Assembly (NCBI GenBank): GCA_013265495.1
Contig: MU059903.1
Span: forward strand, 186,001-250,000
Reading direction: 5' to 3'
Length of the DNA stretch: 64,000 nt
Source: Vicugna vicugna
Taxonomy: Eukaryota
The translations under genes were made by a program, and so were the position numbers. Below, one piece after another: positions 23,860 through 36,859 of the stretch. How positions within the stretch are numbered: position 1 is the first letter of the stretch; each line of letters opens with the position of its first letter. The notes beneath the pieces are model-generated. The model did not search any database, was not told where the DNA came from, and saw only the letters and a program-made list of their open reading frames with translations.

Positions 23860-26800
23860 GAGCTAGAATCTCCCGGACCATATGCAGAATGACGGCCAGA
23901 GAATCTGAGCTTAAAAGAATGAAAAATCTAATAATTAGAACTAGAAACCCTAATAGGAAGTTTACACAGCAGACTAGATGCAGCTAAAGAGAGAATCCTA
24001 CGACTGGAAGTTAGACCTCACTGTCAAAAGCTTACCCAGAACAGAGCAGAGAGAGAAAGGAAATAGAAGGGAAATACAGAGTAATATTTAAGAGGTGCAG
24101 CATAACGTGAGAAAATAAAATATGTTTCTGGTCAGAATTCTAGAAGGAAAATAGAATGGAAGAAAGACATTATTTGAAAAATTAATGGGTGAAGTTTTCC
24201 CAATATTTTTCAAAGATATGACTTCATATTTAGAATTTTCATAAACCCCAAAAAGGGTAATTAAAGATAATTCACACTTAAACACATCCCAGTGACACTG
24301 ATGAAAACAGATGACACAAAGAGACTCTTCTTAATGGGAGGGAAAAATAGGTTCCGTAAAACGAAACAAGATTCAGAAACACAGCCAGTCTCTCAACAGT
24401 GACAGGCAAACCAGGAGCAGGACATCGCATCTAAAACACTGGGGAAACAGATGTGACTTGAAATTATAAAATCAGTTAAACGCATTTTTCTAAAATGATG
24501 ATTGAACAAAGACACTTTAAAAATTTCCTGATTGACTATTATTAGACGCATTTTTACAGGGAGAACTCTAGGAAGAGAGAAGGGATCTCATAAAAAACAA
24601 CAGATCTGAGATACAAGGAATGTTTATCAAAGAAAATAGTAAATATATGGACAAGTCTAAACAAACATTAGCCGTGGAAAATAATAACATATAATTTGTG
24701 TGGTTAAAAATAACCAGCCAGAACTCAGAAACAGAACAGTTACAACATATAATTTATGATCAAAGCTCTCTATGTTTCTTGTGTCATTTGTAAAGAGGGT
24801 AAATATTAGTTGTAGACTCTGTCAAGCCAAATGGCTTATGGAGTATCGATATTTTAGGGCAATCAACAATATCATAGAAATAGAATATATTACTTCCAAA
24901 TTGAGTTGGAAAATAAAGTGAGGAAGAAGAAGATTCAATTAATTTAAAAGGAGTTAAGAACAAAAAGAAAAAAGAAACCTAAGAAAGGCAAGACAAATAG
25001 AAAGCATAAAGTAAAACAGTAGAAAAGAATTCAAATATATCACTAATTTCAATAAATATTAATGAATAAAATTTCCTAATTAAAAGATTAAGATCATCAT
25101 GCCAAGTTTTTTAAATCCCAGCTATACGTTCATTGTTTGTAAGCAATATACCTAAAATATAAGAGCATAGACAGGTAAAAAAAATTTTTTAAGGAAAAAT
25201 AATGTTCCAAACAAATAACCAAAGAAAGCTGGTCCTGATGTATTGGTGGTATAAGTTGAAAACAAAAAGACTTAGAGCAAAAAGCATTACCAGAGACATT
25301 AAAAAAAGGTTACTATATATCGATAAAGAGCATGAAGCCTCAGTATGACAGGAAAGCATAATAGTCCTAAGCATTTTTGCTCCTAATAACAGTTTCAAAA
25401 TACATAAAACAAAAATAGAACTACCAGGAAAAACGGGAAAACCTAGCATCACAGAAGTAGATTTTTAAAACACCTCACGTGAAAAAGCAATACATCAAGT
25501 AGACAAAATTCAGCAAGCGTACGGAATACCTGAGTAACACTACGAAAGAGGCGGACATAACAGGAAGATACAGAAGCAGAGAGCTAAATGTTTTTTAAAC
25601 ACATGAGAAACATTTACAAATACTGACCACATACCAGGAAATAAAATAAATTGCGCCCTAATGTGGTTTCTTATTGCAACAGACTTTTACGGCTTCTGAG
25701 ACACAGGTTTCTCTCTGTTCCTCGTGTCCCTACATGGAGAGGAGTCTTACAATCAGGGACTTACGAGCGCTGCTGCCACTTTCCCACAAGTTAACATTTC
25801 TGAAATCTGAATACTTCTTGTACGGCATTTTAGATCCAATAAATGTGGTAAGTTCAAAATCAGTGACAAAATGATTTAAAAACAAATTCATCTATCTGTG
25901 AAGTAAAAAAAATGCTTTCAGAAACTGCATGATCACTACATGATGTCAAATCATCAAGCTCTACACCTTGAGCTTTACATAGTGCTGTATGTCAGTCACA
26001 TCTTAATACCAGTGGGAGAAGGAAAACCTTACGGATCAAAATGATAATCATAATGGACGTTAGAAAATACTTAATAAAAATACTAGGTATCAATAATTTT
26101 GAGATGTGGCCGAAGTCATGATACAGGGCAAATTTATCACCTGAAGTTATGTTAGAAAAGAAAAAAAGGCTGGAGATTAATTAACTGCAAGAATAGCAGA
26201 ATAAACCCACCGAAACGAAGAAACAACAAGGAACAAAGTGCAACACAGTTAACGGTGGAAGTACGGGAGAAAGGGTGAACCAGGCCAGAATCTGTTTTTT
26301 TGAAAAAGGTTAATCAAATTAACAAGTCTCTGAAGAATACAAAGTGAAAATCAAATATGCATAGCATAAGAGAAAAAATAACTACGTATACACAATGAAA
26401 GTCCAAATATCAAAGAGTACTAGAACACATCTAGGTCAAATAACTTGGAGAAAATGTGGAAATAACAAATTCCTCCCTAAAAATAAGTTATCCGCACTTA
26501 CCCCAATCGGACTGAATGAGCCTGTGACCATGAAATGCCTCGAATCAATATTTCAAGATCTACCCACGAAGAAAATACAGATGGTTCCACAGGTGAGTTC
26601 CACCACCTGCTGCACCACTGCATCGCTCACCCGTCCGGGGCTGTGTGAAGAGTGAGCATTCCTTCAGCTCACGTTACAGGGCTCATTACCAAAACCACAA
26701 CAAAGTGCCAGGCCAACCTACACACGAACAAACCCACGCAGATACACAAACGCAGAAGGACTAACAAATCGTTAGCACATTTAACCCAGGTCTAGTGGAA

Positions 26801-27190
26801 CGACTGCAGGGTTACTTCTGCGTTAGAAGCGGTCAAAACCCGTATTTCTACAACTATCATAGGAACAGCTTAATTAGGACGACCCAGAGCAGACATGGAG
26901 ACCTGCTGTGCAGGCGCGGTAATCAGGACGCAGGGTGCCCAGCAGGCGGACACCGGACCCCACCGCCGCCAGGCAGCGCAGCTTCCAACCCTGCCGGCCG
27001 TGGGGACGAGGGAGGAAGGACGGACCGCTGGTGACCCCAAGATGCCAAGAAGCAGGCTCCCTGCCTCACGTCATGCACAGCAACAGTTACTCAGAAGCCT
27101 TCGTGGGGCAGGATTTTTCCCTCATCAAGCAGAAGATGTAAGGAAACGTCTTCATGAATGTCGTGTGAAGAAGCTTTGCGTCTGAATTTC
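23860..27190 (+). mobile_element. ancient L1M: ORF1 remnant, inter-ORF spacer, endonuclease and internally deleted ORF2
   Basis: ORF1-like cagcagactagatgcagctaaagagagaat, EN-like region 25030-25640, and late ORF2-like ccctgcctcacgtcatgcacagc / gaaacgtcttcatga. All frames are broken. Confidence 0.75.
25750..25849 (+). mobile_element. MER104/Kanga-like (TcMar-Tc2) short element nested in L1
   Basis: ttaacatttctgaaatctgaatacttctt...ggcattttagatccaataaatgtggta resembles ttaacatctctgaaatcgggatgcatctt...gcatcttagattcgatgaaatacggta (from memory). Confidence 0.45.
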
Positions 27191-29099
27191 TGATTGCAGA
27201 GCCCTTGCCAGCAGCCCCAGTTGGGGTGTGCGCCTCCGAAAGAAAGTCATACTGAAAATAAGAGATGGTGGATGAGATTTAAATAAAAGCTGAATCCCCA
27301 AACCATTGGGATAAAAAGCTCAAAAGATGGAGGAGAGGGGAGACTGTGAGAGTCTGCAACCCACCGGGTGCAAAGTGAAAAAACATTAGGATCAATGGAT
27401 TAAGATTTAGGAGCATAAAACAGATTTTAAACAAGAAAAACAAAATGATAAGAATAAACAGTATTGAGGAAACCTGCTTTTACCAGGAGTCTGAACCTGG
27501 TGTGAGAGCCGGGCCGCGGGCTGCTGCCGGGCCGGCAGGGGATGCCCTCAGCCAGACTCCCTTCCCCGAAGCTTCGCCGCGACACCTGAGCTCTGGCCCA
27601 TGGCCACAGGTCCCCTCAACAAGCGTTTATTAACTCACTGAACCCTTCCTTCCACACGCATCTACCACGCACCCACTGTGCGCAAGGTGCGGAGCCCACT
27701 GCTGGCACGAGAGAGACCAGGCGCTCAGAGGAGGAAGGCGGGGGCAGAGGGAATCAGGGCCACCATGGGTCCCCAGTATTCACTGCAGCAGAGTCGGGGA
27801 CCAGAGGAAGAAGAGGGGAATTCGCCATCATTCCACGGCCTATACTTCCCCCTTTCCAGGAAAAACAAAAAAGCCGGCTCGCCCTGCAGCACACCTGCGC
27901 TCAGGGAGAGAAGGGGAGGAGCAGAGGGTCACCCACCGTCTGAGGGAGGTCGGAGGGGGAGAGAAGGGGGCCAGCTGGGTGAACCCTAAATAGACATGAT
28001 TTGCACGTCCTCGCTCAGTCCCCAGGAGGGTCTACCTGATGCGTCGCTATTAAGACTTTTCTGAGAACAAACGTCATCCGGAAATTCTGTCGTGTTTTTT
28101 CACAGTTTCTCTGTACTAACTCCTTCGTTGCACATTTCTCTTCCCGTCCATCTGCACGCCTTCCCCCGGACGCACGCCCTGCTTCCTGACAGCAGCATAG
28201 GCAGAGAGCGCCCTCATTTTTCAATTAAGGCTGCAAGTGAAAGAAGGCAATCTCTCACCTTTTTCCTACTGGGTGACCCACCTTCCTCCCAGCATGTCAT
28301 GGTTGGGCTTCACTTTGAGCTAGTATATATTTGAATCACTCTTCCCCTTCTTCTCCAAAACGCACGAGGAGGGGCCCTGTGAATTTGTGGGTGGAGGTCT
28401 CCTCAGATTTGCTAAACCCCGAAGCAAAGTTCTGCTTGCTTTTGTTTTGAATAAAATGCGGGCTGGCGTGCTGTGGTGTCTCTGTTCCTCACCAAATAAT
28501 GCCGAACAGCTGAACCAGGGCGAGGAGACCTAGGAAACCAGAGCCGCGCCCGACCAGCACCTTGAAAACACTGACCTGGACGAGACAGCCCGATGCCACG
28601 GAACGAGCGCGCTGCCGGTCCGGGGAGCTCGGACAGCAGCAGGCAGGCTCTCACGGCCGTGACGCCCGCTCGCCAGCTCAGGGAACACGGGGGAGCTCGG
28701 AAGGCCTGTCAGCCCTGCACGACTCTTCTTTCTGCCGCGAGAGCAGAAGCTGGAGGAGATTCTTCTCCAAACTTGAGGGCTTCAGTGTCGAGCTGAACAT
28801 TTGGGTCTAACCATTTTTAAAGGTAAATGAGATTCTTACTCTTTAGGTCAGCACAGCATGCAACCAGGTCTACGGCAAGTGAGCAGCGACGTGCGACGTA
28901 AATCCCAGCCCGTCACGTGACCTAGTTCCGGGAAGACTGAAGTCTGTGGGTCAGAAAAGACGGTCTGAGGGAGTCCCTGTGTCTTCTGCACGGAGCAGAG
29001 TCTGGACACGTAGACGCAGGACAAGGTTGGGCCTCTTATGGGGGGGTGTCTCCAGTCCCAGAGAAAGAAAGCAGTGGTCTTCCTCACTCCTCAGCTCAA

Positions 29100-29220
29100 C
29101 ACACCCAAAGCGCACACCCCGACACACACAGAGACACTCAGAGACACACCCCCCTTACACACAAACGCGCACACACACAGATACCCAGACCCAGACACAC
29201 ACACCCCCTTACACACACGC
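29100..29220 (+). repeat. CA-rich low-complexity tract containing two copies of acacacccccttacacaca
   Basis: Read directly from the sequence. Confidence 0.8.
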
Positions 29221-30703
29221 CGCCATTACATTGCCCAGGAGACCTGCATCGCTAGACCACTCTGAAAGCCCCCGCCCCTCTTCCATTTGTTAGCTGGGCT
29301 AACTTACACAATTCAAAATTTTTTCCCGTGTTGAAGTTCCCTCACCTGTATGACAAAGGTAATTATACTGGTGACACTAAGCAATCATGAGCGTAAACAA
29401 AACAGTATCTGAGTGGCGTCCATGCCTGCTAACTAAGGAAGAACTCGGCGAGCGGTAGCCACTCCTACCATCATACTGTGAGTTGTTAACTGTTGTAATT
29501 TCACTGTTTTGGCCCCACAGTAGGTGATGGTTCCTGGAAAGAGGGTGAGAGGTGAGACTTGAAGGGGCAGGGATCCAATGACACAACCTTCTCAGCCAAA
29601 TTAAAGACTGTAAAGTTTGTCCCCAGGGCAAGGAGAAGCCACTGGACACTTCCACAAGGAAGAGCAGTGAATTCGCATTTTCCGGAGGGACCCATGGGGC
29701 TGAGACAGGGCAGACTGCAGGTGGAGGTCACGGCTAGCGGCGAGGGGTCTGTGCCCAGCAGAGGCTGAAGGTCAGAGAAGTGGCTCTGGGGGCTGCTTAG
29801 GAGACAGGGTGGAGACGGGCTGGAGAAGCTCAGTAAAAGAAAAGTGTGTTTTCTGACTTGGACCATTGGGACGCTGGTGAGTTTCTTCTGCAAAGACCTC
29901 AGGAGAGGAAAGGGCTCAGGGCCAACCCCAACCATCCTCCTGAGTGACTGGCCTGCACCTTCGCCCTCACCCCAGGGTCAGCCACGGACCAAGGTCTGGG
30001 TGGCAGCCAGGCAGGAGCAGGAGGTCACCCCGCGAGGACAGGCCAGGTGGTGGCCGCATCCCACTACCAGGCTCCTCCCTGCCCGCAGTGGTGGCGGTTC
30101 TGATCCGGCAGCTGCAGGGTCTCGGGGACCTCCCATCCTTAGACTTCATTCCCTAAGGGGCCCAGAGCTGTGATGCTCAGAGCGTGGTCCCCAAACCCAC
30201 AGCACCAGTGTCCCCTGGGCCCCTCTCAAACCGAAAGGATGAGAATTTGCACTTTGTCAGGGTCCCCAGGAACTTGCCCGCGTGTCCGAGCTCCAGAGGC
30301 AGCGACTTGCACATGATTAGGCTGAATCAGAACACGACCAGGGCCAAGCTGGTTTCAGAGGGCTTGTGTCGACTCCAGACCGCAAGAGACAACCGTGTGC
30401 GAGCGTGTGTGTGAGACACGCCCATCTGCGTTGTTTGCACTTGCTCACGTGCTGACCTCCCGAGTGACGAGCCTCTGGAGTGACCCGGGCCTTGCCTCCC
30501 TCCCCACCGGCTGCGCTCGGGTCCACTCTCCTTATGTAAATCTCGTGTCTAAAACGACCCAAGGGGCCTCTGCAATTACACACACCACCTCCTGCACTCA
30601 CAGTCCTGGCATTGGAGGAGCACCACACAAACACAAGTCAGCAAAGAAGCCACAAAGCAAACACGCCTAGAAGGAAATGGACTTGCTCAGCTCTGCCTTG
30701 TCT

Positions 30704-30717
30704 GGGGGGGGGGGGGG
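30704..30717 (+). repeat. poly-G (14 nt)
   Basis: Read directly from the sequence. Confidence 0.95.
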
Positions 30718-31171
30718 AGGGAAGCCTTGCCAAGGGAGGGGGGCAGGAAAGCTCTGCCAAGGGGCGCCGAGGGGAGAAGTCAATCTGCTGGTGAGCAAGG
30801 GATCCCCAAATCGGCCGCCCTGCTCCCCGCCGGCCGCGCTCAGCCCCGCCTGCTCCGAACGCTGTGCTGCCCCACCTGGCATCCAGCCTCCCGCAGAAGG
30901 CCAGGCCGCAGTCTGCACCCTCTAGGAAACCTTCCTGCTTGGTTCAACAGCTATATTTTTGAAACAAAATTCTAGGTATGAGCTAACTAATTTTACTAAA
31001 TCATTATACTTATACGCACAGTCTTCCAAATAAAAATACGCCAGCTTTACCTCGAGAGCATCTTGTTAAGTATAGAATCACATCCCACTTCATCCTCCTA
31101 GGGAATCCCCACGGTTCAAGGGCCCTTTCCCCAGCGATTCTCTTGCTTATCAGGAGCTCTGCTTTCTACAG

Positions 31172-31273
31172 AGCACGTGGCAACGGGAAATTATTACGAT
31201 GCGTTCACAAGAACAGAGCAATTGCAGAAGAAGCAAGGTGCTTGAAAAAATGCTTGTCAGGACCGCAGACTAG
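31172..31273 (+). other. candidate 102-nt orphan exon
   Basis: Acceptor ctctgctttctacag|, purine-rich body with GAAGAA, donor TAG|GTAAGA. One frame is open. Confidence 0.25.
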
Positions 31274-34200
31274 GTAAGACACTTGCTAACACCTGGGCAA
31301 GGAAGTCCACGCGGTGTAAGGGCGGAAAGAGGGCAGCAGTCGGGGTGCGCCGGGGACACCCGCCTGGGTGAAAGCCTAGGCAGAAACCAGCCCGAAGGCG
31401 TTGCTACCACACTGAGGAAGCACCGCGACCTTCCACTGCGAGGGCAGTCACCCCCGAGGGTCAGCCTCAGCCCCAGCCTCCTCCCGGCCCGTGACACGAG
31501 GCTCTGAGCTGCTGGACGGGAACCCATGACCGGCACTGGTGGTGATCCCTGCGTCGCCACTGGCCGGGAGCGGGAGCTGGGTCCTGTAAGACTCTCCGCG
31601 CTACAAGACGCCACCCCAGCTCCCTGTGCCGCTGGCCTGTAGGGGAGGAGCTGGGGGCACCCACAGTTAAAGGTTAAACTTAGACCAACTCAACATTCCT
31701 GGAAGCCCCTGTGAGAGGCCTAGCGGCGAGGCTGGCGCCGCGCCTCTTCCGAAGCACTGGCAGCGCGCCGCGCGCTGTGCCGACTCGGGCCTCTGCAGCT
31801 TCCACGGGGGGTACTCAATTTTCTCATAACACCCAGTGCACATGGTAACTCGCTCCTCGGACCTTTTCTAAACAGACCTACAGCCACTGCCGGGGTCGTG
31901 GGACCGGAGGGAAAGGAGAGCAGCCCGACCTTTGGGGGAACCGGGGCCTGAAGCAGCACAGACATCCAGACACGGAACATCAGCAGGGCCCCGCCGCAGA
32001 CCCACACGGCGGCCGTCTCCCCGGCTCCCACGTCTGTTCCGAGAACGCGTCTTTCCTAAAGCTGGAACGGACCTAGGTGGTTTGCTGGACTGTGGGATGA
32101 GAGCTATCACGGTGGAGAGGGTTCGAGGAAGCCTCAAAATCTGCCCCTCCCAGGTAAATCAGCGAATCAGAGACACACTGTTCTCCAGAAGGACCTGAAG
32201 GATGAGGGGGTGGCCGTCTCTCCACCTAACTCACCCGCGCGTCCCCTGCGAAACCTCCAGGGAGCCCGAGAGCTGCAGACTCAGCCGAGCAGCCGAGGGC
32301 CCGGTGCTGCAGCCGAGTGCCCGGTGCGGCAGCTGTGTGCCCAGTGCGGCACCCCCACCAGGACAGGCTCCTAGGGTGTCAGGAACATGGGAGGCAGGCA
32401 CTGGTCCAGGAAGAGCTCTGTCCGTCCCCGACAAGAAGTCGGACCAGAAGCCACTCACATTCACGTGGATGGAGGCAGAGTTAACTCCCTGAGCTCTGCC
32501 AAGGGGGCCCTGCAGGAAGTGGATCGCCCCAGTTCTCCTTAGAACCCACCCTAGCCCACTGTGTCGATGCCATCGGACCGCCGGAGCCACGCTGAAGGCC
32601 ACACTGAGACACGGGAGCTCCAGAGAGCAGCTGACAAGCCCTAGTATCCAGCAGTTTCGGGCTGAGACCCGCCCTCTCGAGTAAAGGGGACATGGCCAGC
32701 ACTCACACCGTCTACCCCGCAGGAAGAGCCAGGACCCAGGGCCTCTCTGGGCTCCGCAGGCAGCACACTGCAGGCTGGGGCACACGTCCCAGCTCTCGGA
32801 GGCCCAGGGAAGGGAAGGGGCGTGTGGTGGGCCCAGACAGCGCCGCAGACAGCCCTCCCCGGGGACTCTGCGGCCTGGAAGGCCCTAGTACTGCATGCTG
32901 GAAGTGTCCACAGCACGGAAATGTCATGCTGAGCGTTGGGCAGCACGCTGATGGAGACTCTCCTCTGGTTCTGTGAGTGGACGTCGAGTAACCAGGTCCC
33001 CAGGACTGTGTCATGAGTGGGAACTGTCAGGCCCACCAAGTCCTCACGCCCACAGACCCTAGCAATCCTGCCAAGCACGGGGGACCTCTGGGGTCAAACA
33101 CTCCCAGGGAAGGGCCCGACCCCCAGCCCTCTCCCACTGCTGGCCCGTCTCCCCCCAGCCACCCCGCAGGGCAGGTCCCTCATGACCGGCTGGTGGAGCA
33201 GGTGGAAAGGGTGACCTCAGCACATGGGAGGAGGGGGTGTCCCTGCCACAGAGCCCCCCACCCCGAGGATGACCGAGGCCTCACTGCCACTCAGCCCCTC
33301 CTCTGCCCACACACAGAGTGTTCTCAAGAGACCTCCCGGGAAACTTCCTGCACACAAAATCGGGGCTCGGAATGTGTCTTCCCAGGCGCCCAACCCTGGC
33401 GACTCTCTTAGTAAAGAAAAAGTTCTAAAATACCATCCTTCAGAGAAAAAGGCAGCCCTTCTAGACAACTGCCTGGCACAGGAGGCTACCTGAGACGTGT
33501 GGCCTGTCGTGTAGGAGAGAGCCACAGGAAAGCCGCCCAGGCCCTGCACCTGTCAGCTCAACCTGCACTCCGCTCCCAGGGGAGGGTCCGCGAAAGGGTG
33601 GCGGTTCTCCAGCCCCTGCGACCACGTGGGGCGGGTCCATCCCCGACACTGGCTGAAACTCTGAGTCTATGGAATCATCTGTGAGATGAGGTCGGTGGTA
33701 AAGAAGGAGTGAGGTCCCCAGTGAGGAAGGCGGACAGGGAGACCCTGGGCACAGCCCAGTCCATCCCACACGGCGCTCGGGTGATGACACCAGCGTGACA
33801 ATGCCCGGAAGGACACAGGGGAGGGATTCACGTTTGATGCACGTCAGTTGTCGGGGAGCTCGGAACACCAGCTGGGAGACATCTAAGCCAGCTTGATCCC
33901 ATTTTATTAGCACTTCACCACCAGAAAGGATCGAGGTCAACTCCTTTGGAAATTATCCTCAGCGCCCTGAGTTCCCACAGGGAACAAGCACAAAGCTCTT
34001 CCCAGAATCAAGCATATTAGGCATCTTCCAGAACTTGCTCGGAGACAGAGGTGGGACAGCCTAATGCGACCGGCAGCAGCCGCTCCCCAGGAACCAGGAG
34101 CTGCCTGTCCTACAGGTTTCGGGAGAAGGCGGCCTGACTGTTTGTTGCACCCCCAGCGTAGGCCGCCCTCAGCCAGCCAAAAACGAGAGCTATCCCAGGG

Positions 34201-34904
34201 CCCTGCAAGTGGCTTGGAAGTCAGTGACACCATCACCTCTCGTCCTGCAGCGGACACAAAGGGCGCAGGGGGCCGGGGGGCCGCGGTGGCCCCTCGGCAG
34301 GCCCAGCCGAGCTGGCCAGGGCTGGACGCCAGCCAACACCTGGATTACAGTATCCTGTTCCTGACAAGACTACAAGGAGCAGATTAATCCCCTCGGGGCT
34401 CCTTAATTGTGGGAAAGGCTTCCGTCCCCAAAATCCACCGAAGGCTGATGACAGGTGTGCAGCAGAGGAGGGCCGCTGCGACCCTGTGCCACCGCCCAGC
34501 AGTGGGGGGGCCCCGAGCCGGCAGTCTGCCTGGGGCACGCACACACCTGCAGGGAACACGCTTGGGAAGGCGGCTGCTGATTGTAAACAAGAGCTCCATG
34601 ATTTTTCAGTGAAAAGTTTTGAATTTTAAAACATTCTATAACTTTAGTTTCTTACCACGGTTTTAAATTATGAAAAAAAGGTATAGAAAACCTAAAAAGA
34701 AAATGGTAACACAGAGGTTATTTTTAGATATTTAAAAGTGAGTGATGTTCTTCCTAAAACGTGGCTCGTGAGGCTGAACTCAGCTCGTTTCCTAAGTGAT
34801 CTAGATCCTCGACGTCACTGCAAACACACCCAGCCTCCTACCTGGGGACAAAAGCGTTCCTTTTCCTACAGGCAGGTGTGCAGAGCAAGGACGGGAAAGG
34901 CTGC

Positions 34905-35165
34905 CGTCATAGGCTGAACTGTGCCCGCCCAAATCTGTATGTCGAGCCCTGACCTCCAGTTCTCAGAATCTGGGCCCTGCATTCGGAGGAGGGGCTTTTA
35001 AAGAGGTAGTTGTTACGTGCGGCCACATCGGTGGGCCCTGATCTAGTCTGTCCGGCATCCTCATGAGGAAAGATCAGGAGACAGATACGCACGAGGGACC
35101 ACGTGGGGCCAGGGGAGAAGACGTGTGTGCAGGCCGAGGAGAGGCCTCAGGAGGAAGCGGCAGTC
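34905..35165 (+). mobile_element. MLT1 (MaLR) solo LTR, MLT1A/B-like, 3' part decayed
   Basis: cataggctgaactgtgcccgcccaaatctgtatgtcgagccctgacc...tttaaagaggtagtt...gggccctgatctag...gccgaggagaggcctcagg. Confidence 0.75.
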
Positions 35166-35451
35166 GGAATGAAGCCTGATGCACGTGCCAGCCAGAGAAA
35201 TGTGGAAGGCAGCTCTGCTCACACGGCCGAGCAAACAGGTACGACGCGGAGCTGTCCTTCCGCCATGCTCACCTGGAACATGTACACGAGGCCTCACGGC
35301 ATGTTTATTCCCACCCCATACCGTGACAAGCTACAAAGCACACCAGACAAGCTTGTTCCACGTGTGAATTGAAGGGACACAGCGACTCCGATTCCGTACC
35401 TCCCTCAGTTGGAGGAAAACCACATCTGAATTTGGATGTTTCAAAGCTGCC

Positions 35452-35812
35452 TTTTTTAACGGTCTTTTTAAAAACTGAAGTTGACTTACAGTATTACACA
35501 GTTTCAGGTTATGACAGTGATGCGTTGTTTTTCCAATTACGCACCACAGAAAGTGGTCACAGCATTACTGTGTCCTGTGCGTCCCAGCCTGTGGCTGACT
35601 TACCTCATAACTGGCAGTTGCTACCTGTTCGTCCCCTTCACCTGCTTCACCCACCCCTCACCCCCCAGCCCCCACCCCTGCCAACCACCAGGTTGTTCCC
35701 TGTATCTGCGAGTATTTGTTTTGTTGTATTTGCTCATTTTTGTTCTTCAGATCCCACATGTAAGTGAAGGCGTCCAGGGTTTGTCTTTCTCCATCCGTCT
35801 TATTTCGCTTAG
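35452..35812 (-). mobile_element. L1 3' end (L1MA9-like type common in laurasiatherians)
   Basis: tttttaaaaactgaagttgacttacagtattacacagtttcagg...ccaaccaccaggttgttccctgtatctgcgag...cagatcccacatgtaagtgaa...tatttcgcttag. Confidence 0.85.
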
Positions 35813-36112
35813 TGGAAGAACTCATATCTCAAAATCATGAAAACAATCCTACTAAAAAGCGAGCAGAGGTCCTAAACGGGGGGTTTTCCAACGAAGACAC
35901 AGGCGGCCAGCAGGTCCAGAAGACAGTGCTCGACACCACCCACCACCAGGGAACGCACATCCAGACCACCCGAGGTATCACCTCACACCTCTCAGAATGG
36001 CCGTCACCGAAAAGACAAGAAACAACGAGTGCTGGCGAGGGTGTGGAGAGGTGGGAACCCTCGTGCACTGCTGGTGAGAATGTGAACTGGCAAAGTGGAA
36101 GCAGTCTGGAGG
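35813..36112 (+). mobile_element. L1 ORF2 C-terminal segment, inverted relative to the adjacent 3' end
   Basis: gaagaactcata...gaggtatcacctcacacctctcagaatggccgtcaccgaaaagacaagaaacaacgagtgctggcgagggtgtggagaggtgggaaccctcgtgcactgctggtgagaatgtgaactgg. Confidence 0.85.
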
Positions 36113-36859
36113 GCCCTGCCCTGGTGCAGCAGTCCCAGTCCTTCACCCCACCCTGCCCCCTCCAGGGCAGCCCGCAGTCGCTGGAGAGCGGGCAGCAGGG
36201 CCAGCCCTGCCCGCGAAGGCACCAGCACCCTCACCCTGCACAGGACGCCGGCCCGGCTGGCCCTTCACCGCTGCATCCAGCCTGAGCAGCAGCGGGAAGC
36301 CAACCCCCACCGGGCCGGGCCACGTGGGAGCCCCGGCCACACCCTCCGGATCTTCAGAGCTGGCTTCAGGACAATGGAACCACTCGGCCCACTTGGGCAC
36401 AGCTGGCCCCTGGAGAAGGGGGCGTCTCTGAGGGACCCACGGCATCTGGAGGTCTGATTCGAGCACTGTGGTCTCCCCAGGAGTGTGGGGGAACAGCAGA
36501 CCAGCTTGGCCCTGCTCCCCGGAGACACAGGACTAACCCAGACCGGGCCACTGAGGACACGGGAGCCAGTGAGACCCGGGAGCTGAAGCCCCCAGGTCCG
36601 GCAGACCCCACCCCCCGCAGCTTCCCCAACCCAGCACTGAAGCCCCCAGAGCAGGTTGTGTCAACAGAGCGAGGGAGGCGGTCTTCCTCTGCAAGGAGAA
36701 GCCTCAGCTGTGTGCAGGAGCCAGGCAGAGGCTCGGGAACTCGGGGTCCCCTCTGAACATGCATGTTCACCCCATCTTACAGCTTCAGGTTTTACTCCAG
36801 ACAAAACATGTTTGGTGAGGATGCAGCCACTGCCGGCCGGTCCGTCACCCTGGGTCAGG

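Noticed and set aside
19080-27190. Idea that the two + strand L1 pieces are permuted halves of one element
   Set aside because: The second L1 continues at 26890-27190 into the same late-ORF2 region already present in the first, so they are separate insertions.
28864-28875. gtctacggc resembling the 5S rRNA 5' end
   Set aside because: Only 9 nt match and nothing follows.
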